NCBI GenBank assembly: GCA_033442325.1
Contig: JAWQFM010000005.1
Location: 611,327 to 675,326 of the forward strand
Direction: 5' to 3'
DNA length: 64,000 bases
Source of the DNA: Salpingoeca rosetta
Lineage: Eukaryota > Protista > Choanoflagellata
In this document: piece after piece, positions 33,185-45,445 of the stretch
Numbering within the stretch: the first letter of the stretch is position 1
Layout: every line of letters begins with the position of its first letter
Made by a program: the position numbers and the translations under genes
Notes under the pieces: generated by a model
The model's database searches: none
What the model was told of the DNA's origin: nothing
The model's input: only the letters and a program-made list of their open reading frames with translations

Positions 33185-36100
33185 TCACACCCATGGGCAC
33201 CAAACACTCCTTCCCCCCCCCCATCTCAACTTCTCACCTTCATGCGCACGTATGTTATCTTTTTGTCGCTTCATCACATGGCATCGTTTTTTCCCTCCAC
33301 CGTTGCATGCACGTGCGTATTGGTCCCCTTGCTTCGTCGGCATGTATTCCACCACCTTCCATGTCACCATCGATTGCTCTTGTGGTTCTTCATGTACATA
33401 CCCCGACACGCGTATTGTTGTATTGCTCCATTGCTCCCCCAACACCATCCGCAGCCAGCGACTCTCCTTGTTTGTTCGTGATCATGCACACCACCCAGTT
33501 CCATAGCACTCACACCAACACAGCACGCATTGCTTTGTTGGCATCTTTTCCACCGCCTTCCATATGCATCCAAGCATTGTGCATGCGTATTGATCGTTTC
33601 AGGCGTGCAACACGGCCTGCTTCCACCGCCTTCTTCGTCCTTCTGCACCTCAGACGTTACAGTTACAAATTATTCTCGAAGCGCTCTCTTGGTCGTGCTT
33701 TGCTTGGGTGCTTTGCTTGCTTCTGTAGTTGCTTTGTTTGGGTGTTTGTTTGTTTGTTTGTGTTTTTCTTCAGCCTTCTTCCGTTTTCGTTCTTCCTTGC
33801 TTGACGAAGAACCTTCTTTCCTGTTTCCTTGGTGGCGTCTTCCTTGCTCGCTTGTCCATAAGTCCTCAAGTCCCATACAACGTTCGTGATCATGTGACAG
33901 ACTGAACCTGACCTGACACAAACACAAACCGAGCAACCAATCCAACCAGCCCACACACCACGTGCATGTTTTCCTTTTTTCTTTTGCTTTCTTTCTGTCA
34001 ACTCACACCACGGCCGAACAAAGACAACCCCGGTTCGTCGTCACCAACCTCCCCACAGCCGCCACTGTAAGGCCAACAAGGCGGCCACAGCACTTTCAGT
34101 TCCTCCATGTTCCTCCGTGTTCCTCCTTCTGTTCCTCCTTTGAGGCTTCGCCTTTTTGAAACAAGTCGTCGTCGTTTGTTTCGTTGACAGTTTTGACCCC
34201 TCAAGAACGCGCTCCGACGCCGCCACCACTTCTTTGCCACGTGTCCTGCGATGTCGCGTGTTGTCTTGAGTCGCTTCGTGCCTAAAGTTCTGGGTTTTGG
34301 GTGCGTTGCAGGAACGCACGAGCAACGCTTTTGTGAACGAGCAATACAACGGTGAGGTGCTGACAAAAATTCTAAAAGTAGTGGCGTGTCGATGCATTCG
34401 AACCCCTGGCTTGACCCTGTGTATCGCGCTTACGCGTTCGCCACCGTCCGTTTTGGCCAAATTTTGACCGCAGGCGGTGACGTCATACCGTCGGACCCAA
34501 CCAGCCGCAAAATCGAAACGCGTATTGAAACGTGCACCGTTCTTACGCACAATCTTGCTTTGCTTTCATCACTTCCCAGCCCAAAGGCTTGACAAGGCAC
34601 AGGCTGCTTGCAAGCAAGCAGGGGTTTCGGTTTTGGGCCGTGACCAACCAACAACGCATCGCCAGTGAGTGTGTGTTGTGTGCGTTGACAGCGCGTCAAC
34701 CCATCTGTCCACCACCAGCCAGGCAGTCACACAACACAACCACCAACAACCGCCCGCTTTTTCAAACGACGCGTGCTTGCTCGCTTGCTCTGTTTTGACC
34801 TTGTGGTTCTCTTCCACCAACAACATTCCACACTTCCCCGGCGCAACCAGCACTTTCTTGCGCCTTTTTGTTGTGCTTCCCCTTCTTTTTTTTTGTCTCT
34901 GATTCTTCATTCATTCTTCCTTCCTCCGTGCGCAAGCAAAAGGCCAGCAGCCATTCAATCCATTCCATCATCCAAGCCAACAACCCACACTGAGGGTGCA
35001 TCGCTCTGGTTGCTTTGGCTGATCCCCAATCCATCCCCCTGGCTGCCAGCGTCGGATATACACATACACCAGCTCACCCCCCCCCCCGCCACAAGCTGCA
35101 TCTCCTTCACACACACCGACACACACACACACACACGTTGCCCAGCCTTGGGGTTTCGTACCTCCGCGTGACCAACCCCACCAACCACCACCAACCAACA
35201 CCAACCAACCCGATCGACCCCCACAACCTTTGCGCCGCCGCTGTTACCGCTGTTACCGCTGTTGCTGCTTCAGCGATACGCAACCCCTGCCTCCTCCACT
35301 TTTGCTCCTCCTGTTTTGGCGTCAGCGCGCGCGACCTGTCTGCTCTGCTCTGCTCGACGACCCCACCTTCCTCAAGAGCAGCGTGCCGACCGCAGTTTTT
35401 CCCCCTCACCCACGCAGCCAAAACCAACCCCCCCCCCAACCAACCGCAATCACAGGACCTCAGCACATCCATCGCGCTTCCGCACAGGTACAGGCCTTGC
35501 CTGCATCACGTCAATGTCACATGACCCAGTCACAACATCACCTGGCATGTAGCTTGTGTGTCAATACGCAGACACAACACACGCCAAACCTTTGGCTTGC
35601 TTCTGTCGTGTTTTGCGCCGTGCGCGTTTTGCCCTGCGCCCTGGGTCATGCATGCTTTGTGTGCTTGTAAGCACCTCAGCTACACGCCTGCTTGCGTGCG
35701 CAAGCCACCACAACGCGCACAACACACCACCACCGCCACTACCACACAAAGCCACCTGTTTTTGTCGCCTTTTCCCGCCTTTGTGCACATGCGATCGCGC
35801 GTCTCAATCAATCATTCATTCCCACCCCCACACGCCATCTCGCTCTTTCTCTCTTCCCCCCCCAACCCATATCATATGTATGTCTCACGCTCACGCTCAT
35901 GAACACACACGCAACCCCTCTCGCGCCTTCCATCACGTGGTTTCCCGCCTTGTTCTTTCTTCGCACGCAGCAGCGCGCTCGTCATCAGAAGCCCAATCAA
36001 GCCGCAGCAGCAGTCGTAGAAGCACCATTTAACCACACACACACGCCCGTGCAACAGCCCTCGCCCCTCGCCCCTCGCCCCTCGCCATCAAGCGGCCGCT

Positions 36101-36278
36101 GCTACACCAACCAATCAGAACCCAGGAAGACAGACACGCAAGCGCACGACACAAGACAGGCCATCAAGCTCAGGAGGACACAGCCAGCACCCACCAGGAC
36201 GCAAAGGCATCAAGAACCAAACAACCCCTCCCCCACAACATCACAACAGAGCTTTCTTCCTTTGCCTGCAAGCAAGCA

Positions 36279-37451
36279 ATGGTCAACAGCACCATGGTGC
36301 AGCCACAGTCAACGCCCAGCACCCACCCTGCCCTCCGCCAGCACCAGCAACTTCAACCACAGCAGCCGTTTCTCCAACAGCCGCCCAGGTTAACAAGCGC
36401 AGGAAACAGCGGCAGCAGCCAAGCTCCCAGCCCGGACAGCGCCCTTGCGTTTGTTGTGGACGTTACAGACACACCAGCCACACTGCGTGCGCTCCACGCA
36501 TGCATCCTGGACCCCCATCTCTTCACGCTGAGCGCCGCCTACACCGTCGGCAACGTTGCGGGCCTAAACCCGTCTACCATGGCGTTGCTACAATTCCAGT
36601 GCCTCCTTTGCGAGCTCATCAACGGCATGCCCTCGCTCGACGCCCAGCTCCGCGCCTTCAAGCGGCTCTTTCCGTCGGCAGTCCTCATCTCCCGCGTCGT
36701 TCTGCCGGCCGTGGACGCTGCCATCTACTGCTTCACGCCACCTGTCGGTCCAAAGGCCGACCAGCACTCCAGCGAACAGCAACCGCCGCAGAACAACGCA
36801 GACAGCAGTGACACGCACAAGAAGAGCAAGAGCAGAAAGAAGAAGAGCAAGAAGAAGAAGCATGGCAAACACAAGGCAAAGCGCGACAAGGACAGGAGGC
36901 CCAAAGACACTGCAGAACAGCAGCAACAGGAAGAGGCAGACGTCAACAAGGAACGGCAAGCCGTACACCAGCAGCAAGAAGGCGCTGATGTGGTTATCAG
37001 CGAGGAAATGCCTGCCGACTTCAACCGGGAGAAACGCCGCAACAGTGACGAAGGCATCGATTCGCCACCCGAGTCGATCACCCCGGCATCGTCATCGTCA
37101 TCGTCATCGTTGTCACTGGACGCAGTGTACGTGAGCGGCAAGGCCGAGCAGTCTAATGAGGCGGGCATGAGCCACGAGCAGCTGCAATTGGTCGAGGCAT
37201 CCGCCGCCCTCTTGCAGCTCTCGGGCCAAGCACCACGCCTGCAGCAGCAAGAGCAGGAGCAGCAGCCCACGCCACCAGCGAGGATCAACGGCAAGCAGCA
37301 GCCAAAGTCTGTGCGCCTGAGCCCGCGTCGTGCAAGGGCGGCAGCATCTGCCATCCCATCCAAGCTCAAACTCAAGCTGAGCCGCTCGCACGTGCTCGCC
37401 TCCACGGCCCCAGCTCCACCACATTCCCCAGCACTCACATCGGCGCCTTGA
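36279..37451 (+). CDS. Intronless hypothetical protein (390 aa), probably nuclear; small globular region plus disordered Q/K/S-rich regions
   Basis: ATG-initiated 390-aa ORF without dinucleotide repeats; hydrophobic core LAFVVDV...AIYCFTPP; basic tract KKSKSRKKKSKKKKHGKHKAKR. Confidence 0.7.
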   Translation: MVNSTMVQPQSTPSTHPALRQHQQLQPQQPFLQQPPRLTSAGNSGSSQAPSPDSALAFVVDVTDTPATLRALHACILDPHLFTLSAAYTVGNVAGLNPSTMALLQFQCLLCELINGMPSLDAQLRAFKRLFPSAVLISRVVLPAVDAAIYCFTPPVGPKADQHSSEQQPPQNNADSSDTHKKSKSRKKKSKKKKHGKHKAKRDKDRRPKDTAEQQQQEEADVNKERQAVHQQQEGADVVISEEMPADFNREKRRNSDEGIDSPPESITPASSSSSSSLSLDAVYVSGKAEQSNEAGMSHEQLQLVEASAALLQLSGQAPRLQQQEQEQQPTPPARINGKQQPKSVRLSPRRARAAASAIPSKLKLKLSRSHVLASTAPAPPHSPALTSAP

Positions 37452-37760
37452 GGAGCCACTCCGTATCATTCCATTAGAAACCCTCCTGTGCGGATGAAAG
37501 CACATCGTGCAAGGGCTGCTCGCCTGTGCCGGTTTTGGGGTTCTCCAACATCTCGAGCGTGCCAGTGTGTGACCTTTGTCCTCGCTGGCGGCGATTTGTA
37601 GTTGAGATGATATTTCCCCGTGTGGCTCCCTCCCTCCCTTGTTTCCCACTTCGTGATGACAGCATAGCACGACGTTCTCTTTCGCTTCTGACGCGGTGTT
37701 GTCACATCACACGCACGCACAAGAGAGGGCGTACCTAGTGCCTATGCAAGGTTGTATCCG

Positions 37761-37830
<70 letters not shown>

Positions 37831-38272
37831 ATGTCAGCTTGTCTGGTCTGCGTTAATGGTGTGCTGTTACGCTTTGTTACATGTGCCTTCTTCCCGACAA
37901 CGTCCTGCTGTGTGCATGTTCGCGCGCGCGCGCGCGTGTGTGTACCTGTGCCTGTGTGTGCAGCTGCTGTGATACTTTCCAGCAGCACCAGTGGTGATGT
38001 TACAACTTCTGAGTAAGGTCGTTTGCTTGCAAGTGAAGGCTTCTTGTTTTGCCTTGTATGTGTGTGTGTGTGTTTCTCCATTTCCGTCCTCTTGGTCTAG
38101 CTTCAGGGTTTTGTCAGGATTACATTACATTTCATCAGATGCTTTTGCATTCACGTCAACTCGTGAAAGGACGGAAAGAGAAGGGTGCTTAGAGTAAAGG
38201 TGGGCACGAGCACGATACGCACACAAGAACACCCACAAACACACACATATATACACACACACACACATTCGC

Positions 38273-38486
38273 TCAGGCTGTGCCGCTGTCCACACGCATG
38301 CTCTTGCTGCGCTCGCGTTGCAACTTGTCCATGACACCCCGAACAAACACCAGCTGGTACGACGGCTTGTGCAATGTGTGCAGGCCTCGTTTCACATACT
38401 GGGGACACACGTGCGTGCGTGTGTGGATGCAGCGGCCGGAAGCGCGTGAGCAAGATGAGGTACATCACCAAAGACACGCACGCACG

Positions 38487-38526
<40 letters not shown>

Positions 38527-38558
38527 CACATATACACACCCACACACACACACGCACG

Positions 38559-38625
<67 letters not shown>

Positions 38626-39974
38626 TCTCCCAGCCGCCTGTGAGCAGCGACTTGTGAAGGGTTTGCGGCCGCGTCAACGGATCCAACACAAGCAGGTTCA
38701 CCTAATGATGATGATGATGATGACGTGTGTGTAAGTGTTAGGCGCAAAGAGGACTCTCGCTGTGCGCATGCTGGTGCGAAGCATCATGCATTGCACGCCA
38801 TGGGTGTACGAGTGTCGTGTTTGTGTATGAAAGACTCAGATGCGCGTGTGGTGTACCTTGACGCTTCCGTTCTTCATCTGCTTGCGCTCCATGCCAACGA
38901 CCGTGCGGGAATGGCCGTCGTGTTGGAAATACAGCGGGGGCATTTCGCTCACATGCACACCAGCCTCCACGCGACCGAATTCTGCTCAGGAGGCAAACAC
39001 GTGCGCACAAATGGTTGAGAGGGTGTGTGCGGTTGTGTTTGGGATATTGTGACACGGAGAACAAGGGCGAGAAGCAAGAAACAGCAAGACCACATCACAA
39101 CAGCAGCAACATGGTAAGAGAAACGGTCGTAATAACACAAAACAGCGAATAGCAAGCACACACACATACACACACAAGCACAAACACACACATACACACA
39201 CTCAAACATATGGCAGCAGCACAACAGACCTCGCTTGTGCGTGTTGGTGTGAGAGAAGTGGAGGTAGTGCCAGACCCAGTCAACAAGCCCTTCGTAGGCG
39301 TCAATGGTCGCACTTTCGCCCGTCCGCACAAACGTTGCCTGCAGCGCACACACATGGCCACGAGACAGATCAGGAACAGACATATGACAGAAGAAAGGAG
39401 AGGGTGCGTGTGTGTGTGTGAATGAGAGAGAGTGTGTGTGTGAGTGAGTGAGTGTGTGTGTGTATGTGTGTGTGTGTGTGCGTGTGCGTGCGTGTGCGTG
39501 CGTGTGTGGCAGTTACGGGCCATCTTACCACATGTGCATCGAGGCCATAATATCGCAACAGCGCGCACACTTCCGTTGTTCCAATCCACTTTCCTGTGCC
39601 GCTCACTTTGTACCCAAACTGCACACACACGCGCACACACACACACACACACAACCACACACACACACACACACACAATCAAGCCCAACGTGATTCAGGC
39701 AGTGAGGGAGTGAGGCATGGCTTGCGTGTATGTGTGCGTGTGTGCAATTGTGAATGCAAGCACGAACAAGAACATGACTGCATGAGCAGCAACATGGCAC
39801 AGCACGTGGCATACCCATCCTCTAGCACTGCAAGCACCTGCGCAGCGCCGTCCGGATCAAAGCCGCTGTACCAGGCGGCCTCCAGTTCCCGCTAACACAC
39901 GCACACGCAGTCGAGGAGCAAGTGTTTCGGTTATGTGGGAAGTACTTGCTCAGTCGACACCAAACGACTTCATC

Positions 39975-40009
<35 letters not shown>

Positions 40010-41912
40010 TGGACACAATAACAAAAGCAATCCCCCCCTATCCACACACACAGACACAGACACACAGACACACACACAGACACAGACACAGACACAGACA
40101 CACACCTGCAGGGCGCTGAGAGCTGGGATTTGGCCGCAGCCGCCATAGAGGCGACGGGAAAAATGGTCGCGGGCCATTAGCGCATCTGTCATCGTCTGCA
40201 TGTTGCGATATCCGCACGACCACAGCCGTTCGTACCCGCTCTGCCCAAACACGCGCGCAAACCTGGACACACACACACACGCACATGCCATGAAGGTCAG
40301 CATCAAAACGTGGGAGTGATTGCGTGTGGACTTGTGTTGTGTTTGTAAATGACACGAGTAACCGCCCCCCCCCCACGCGATACGCGGCTGCGTGTCCGGC
40401 CTGACCTGCACAGCGTGAACTCCGATGGGATTTTGCTGAATCGAACGGCGTTGAGAAGTGCGCCATGCATCGCAGACCACACACCTGTCAACATCATTGT
40501 CATCACAAACATGACATTGGGTGTGATGGGGCGTGTCAGATATGAGCTGGATGATGGTCGCATTGTGCAATCAGCGCCACACTCACTCACACACACACAC
40601 AAACTCACGCATACATACACACACTCACACACACGCATACACACACGCACTCACTCACGCACTCACGCACACACACATACACACTCACGCACCATCGTAG
40701 CCGGCGTGCTCCTCGACCACCAGCGCACGTGGGCGCGAGTATGACACGGGGACGTGGGAAATGTTGACACAGCCACGGTGAAGCGTGCTGGACACAGCGA
40801 GATGCAACTTGCTGCGAGGTGGCGCGGCAGCAGCAGTTTTCGTCTTGGATGATGCTGACGATGACGATGACGATGATGTGGAGGCTCGTGTTGTTCTTGT
40901 CGTTGTCGTGGACCTGTGTCGTGTCCTGCTGCGAGGTCTGGTGCCACCACGCTCGTGTCGACTCCTGCTACCACTGTTGTTGTTGTTGCTGCCGTTTCTG
41001 CCGCCCCTACCCGCATTCTTGGCAGATGCGCGCATCATCGCTGTGAACAGGTCATCATCGTCATCATTGTCATCATCACCATCATGATCGTCGTCACCAT
41101 CTCCGTTGTCATCATTCACCAGCACTGCTGCATCGTGGCTGCTGTGCCCACGCTTGCGCGAAGATGACAATGATGACGACAATGATGATGATGACGATGG
41201 TATCGTTGTTGCTGCCATTGCTGGCGGCGGCGGCGGCGGCAGTGTTGTCGACGTCGACGCTGCTGACGATGACGATGATGATGACGGTGCTGATGATGAA
41301 GCAGACGCGCTCAAATCAATTGTTGCAGCTGTTGAAGTAGATGTGGAGGGTGGCGGCGATGCTCTGCGCTTGCGTGCACGGCGCGACGCTGTGCTGTGGA
41401 TGGAGGGCCGTGGTGGCTCCTCCGCCGACACGGAGGCGATGATGCGCGGCATGGTGCTGCTGGCGGCGGTTGCGGTGTGATGGCCCATCCGCCGTGCAGC
41501 GGCTGCATCTGCCCTTGACGGCAGGATGGACCGCGTTCCATTGTTAAAGTATTGGGAGATGCGCTGGTACGCTGCAGCCTCCGCTTTCCCCATTGGTTGG
41601 TCGCTCGTGTCCTTGCTTGTTTCTGGCGCTCGCTTGTTCTGCTCTTTCTCCATCAACCGCTGTGTGAGACGGGCGAGCGACCGAATGAGCCATTGCAGCA
41701 AAGAATAGCGGTCCATACCAATAAGTACAGAGACAGAGACAGAGACAGAGAGAGGGGGACAGAGACAGAGATAGAGACAGAGACACAGGCACAGACACAG
41801 GCACAGACACAAGCACACACACACACGCACGAATACCGACAAACATGCACACACACACACACGAATACCGACAAACATGCACACACACACACACACGAAT
41901 ACCGACAAACAT

Positions 41913-41979
<67 letters not shown>

Positions 41980-42466
41980 GGCAGACCTTTGCAAGTTCGA
42001 GGGAGTGCTCTTCCAAGTGGACGTCAATCTCTGTGGCGAGGACATGGTAGCCACACATGTCGCACTTGACCGTGACCGTGCATAGATGTGATTCATCCAC
42101 GATGCTGTCAGGCTCGTCGTGTTGCCCGTGCTGTCGCTGCTCTTGTCCTGCCTGCTGCTGCTGTGGTTGTTGTTGTTCGTGGTGCTGGCTGCTGCTATTG
42201 TCATCAAGCCGTGGCTGACAGTAGCGCCTGTGACGCGCAAGTTGCCGTGGGTGTTGTTGCACTGTCACAGTCGCTGGGTTCACGAAGTCGGCTTCGTCGT
42301 CGCTGCCATACAGCCGCCCATCATCTCCAGTGCCAGTGCGCCTCTCATCCTCGACCTTCTCCTCGCTGCCCTCATTTCCAACGCCGTCCTCATCGTCGTC
42401 GTCGTCGTCCACGACAATCACAGCGTCCTCCCTGCCACCATCCTTCGCCCGTTTGCATGGCTGCAT
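38273..42466 (-). CDS. ZUP1: ZUP1/ZUFSP/Mug105-family deubiquitinase (peptidase C78) with N-terminal zinc finger
   Basis: Catalytic Cys box [52 protein letters not shown], His box [28 protein letters not shown]; N-terminal CDMCG...EIDVHLEEH finger followed by SLELAK. Confidence 0.9.
41829..41914. repeat. Three copies of a 20-bp unit embedded in (CA)n
   Basis: acgaataccgacaaacatgc three times, separated by CA runs, in a ZUP1 intron. Confidence 0.85.
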
Positions 42467-42622
42467 CGTGGCAGTGGTGGTGGCGTGTCTCGTCTTGTTC
42501 TCCGTCGTTCGTTCGTTGTTGTCATCAGAAATCACCCAATACAGCCGCTCACAGCAGGCTTGTTTCTCTTCTCTCTTGTGTCTGTTCGTGCTTGTGTGTT
42601 CACTCTTGCTTCCCCCACGGCC
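42467..42622. promoter_or_regulatory. Putative bidirectional promoter, ZUP1 / DMAP1
   Basis: 156 bp between divergent ATGs. Confidence 0.55.
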
Positions 42623-43105
42623 ATGGCTGATGCATTGGAGATGGTTGCGGGCCAAGCGACCGCACGCCCGGCCCGTACCCTTCAAACCATCCTCCAAAAC
42701 AAGGTGGGCAGCATGTGTGTTGTTGTGTGTGTGTGTGTATGTGTGTGTGTGTGTGCGTGTGTCGTCTGCTCCTGTATCGCTCACACACACACACACACAC
42801 ACACGCACGCACACACACACACACACCTCTGCTGAACGGCAGCGGGAGGCGCGCAACGCCGCTGAAGCCGTTGAGGAACGCGAGATGCGACAGGCCGCAA
42901 AGCCAACGGGCTTGCGACGGGAACTCTACGACCTCGTTGGCGACCGGTGCGTTTGCTGTTGCCCCCCCCCCATACACACACATACACACAGGTTCTCTCT
43001 CTGTCTCTCTCTGTCTCTCTCTGTCTCTGTCTCTCTCTCTCTGTCTCTGTCTCTCTCTCTGTCTCTGTCTCTGTCTCTGTCTGTCTGTCTGTCTCTCTCT
43101 CTCTG

Positions 43106-43170
<65 letters not shown>

Positions 43171-43498
43171 TTCTCTGTCTCTCTATCAAGCAAATCTCAC
43201 TCNNNNNNNNNNNNNNNNNNNNNNNNNNNNNNNNNNNNNNNNNNNNNNNNNNNNNNNNNNNNNNNNNNNNNNNNNNNNNNNNNNNNNNNNNNNNNNNNNN
43301 NNATGGCAGATGAGCACCCAGCCGCTATGGTCGTGGTTGATGTTATTGTGAGAAGTGTACATTGCCTGTTACTCGTGCAGCACTGTAGTGTTTCGTTGGG
43401 CGTGATCACATGTGTTTCTTTTCGATTAAACTCAATTGTTTACTCGCGGAGCCATGACATGGGCACTTGCAAACAACAACAACAACACACACAACAGC

Positions 43499-43535
<37 letters not shown>

Positions 43536-43570
43536 CACAACACACACACACACACACACACACACACAGC

Positions 43571-43603
<33 letters not shown>

Positions 43604-44373
43604 CGTACCGTTGATGCCTGCTTCGACATACAAGGGATACAGCAAGGAGACGGCAATGCGACGCGCAAAGAGCTGGAAGTGGTGTTCGTTCACCAACAAG
43701 GCCCGTGAGGTGCGTGCATCCCTTGCGCCACGCCCCCTTTGAGCAACCCATTGTGCATGGCGTTCAGTCACGCGTACACACGTTGCCAACAGCCTGCGAT
43801 TAACACACCAACGAGTGAGCGTTCACACACCCATTTGGGCGCCTTGCACACTCAACATGTCACGCGCCCTTGCCTACCTTCCGTGTTATCACCGCGAGCA
43901 GGATGGCCTTGTGCTGCACCACTGGCGCGAGGAGGCGCGTGCGAACGAGGAGTATATGTTCGCGCGCTTTGACGAGTACAAGGTGACCGCGCCCAGGATC
44001 TCACGCGACGTGTATGCAAAGTATCTTCAAGACGACAGCTGGTCATACCTCGAAACCCGCAAACTCATGGACCTGTACGTACGCACTTGCCTACTTGTGT
44101 GTGCTTGCGCGCACATGTGTCTGCTTTGTCTACCTGTGTGTGCGTGTGTGCGTTCTTTGTCTCTCTCTATGTAGGCGTGTGCTTGTCTCTGTTTTGCACT
44201 GCGTCAAGCCACCCACCTTGCCCACCTCATTGCCATCAACACCGCTTGCTTCCTTCCAAATGCGCTCTCACGCGTGTGCGTGTGCGTGGTGCAGGTACGA
44301 GGCGTTCTCCGGCAGCTTCATTCTCATGCAGGACCGCTATTCCCAGTGGGTTCGCGCAATTGCACTCCCGGTA

Positions 44374-44405
<32 letters not shown>

Positions 44406-44881
44406 AACATGTCATGGTGCACTTGCCCCATCTTCCCACCATTTGGCTTCCACGCCTCTGTGTGCCGACTCCATAATGCTGTCCTTTCCTTCCATGCTCC
44501 ACCATCACCACCCAATCACAACCACCAAATCACACCGCCAATCACGATCAACAACTACACCCTTCCTCACCCATACCGCCACCTCTGCTCGTGCCAGCTG
44601 CCACTGCGCACGGTGGAGGACCTGAAAGACCGCTTCTACGACTGCAAGCGCAAGCTCGCCAAGGCCGGCATTGCCTCGGACGCCGTCGCCATCAGATACA
44701 GGTGCCGTTGGTCGCACCTCCTGTCAACACGATGTCGGATGATTGACTGTTGGTTGTGGTGAGGCGTGATGGCAGCGTTGTTCCCGATGACACGAACGCT
44801 TTGTGCGTGTCCACATGCAAGCACGCCCACATGCACCCATGTCCACACGTGCCCTCCATGTCTCACATGCGTGCACTCAAA

Positions 44882-44942
<61 letters not shown>

Positions 44943-45363
44943 CACACACGCCACACACGCCACACACGCTCAGGTATGACAAGAAGCACGAGGAGGCGCG
45001 AAAGGAGCAGCTGCGCACTCTCGCCGCACGCACACACGACCAGGTCTGTCTACCATTGCAGCGTCACACACACACACACATACACACACACACACACAGA
45101 GTCTCTCAGCGCCGTTTGCACATGTGTGTGTGCGTGTGCGATTGCTTGTCGCGTGTGAGCGCGGAAGGACGGGAGATTGCGAACTGCCACCTGCCCAACT
45201 CCCTCACATGCACATGCACATTCACGGGGCCCACACTCGTGCTCATATAACCGCCCTCACACCCGCCCTGACACCTGCGCGCGTGTCAGTATCTGGAGGA
45301 GCAAGCGCTGAAGGACGAGCTCAAGGCGCTGCGCCAGGAAATGCGCGAGAAGGTGCGCCAACC

Positions 45364-45445
<82 letters not shown>

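Noticed and set aside
34381-34460. Minus-strand GGTTCGAAT B-box-like string with an upstream TGGCG, suggesting a tRNA or SINE
   Set aside because: The T-stem arms (AGGGG / GCATC) do not pair and no acceptor stem could be formed; tRNAscan-SE would settle it.
41829-41914. Three regularly spaced 20-bp direct repeats, superficially CRISPR-like
   Set aside because: Spacers are short CA runs, the site is a eukaryotic intron and there are no cas genes; slippage duplication explains it.
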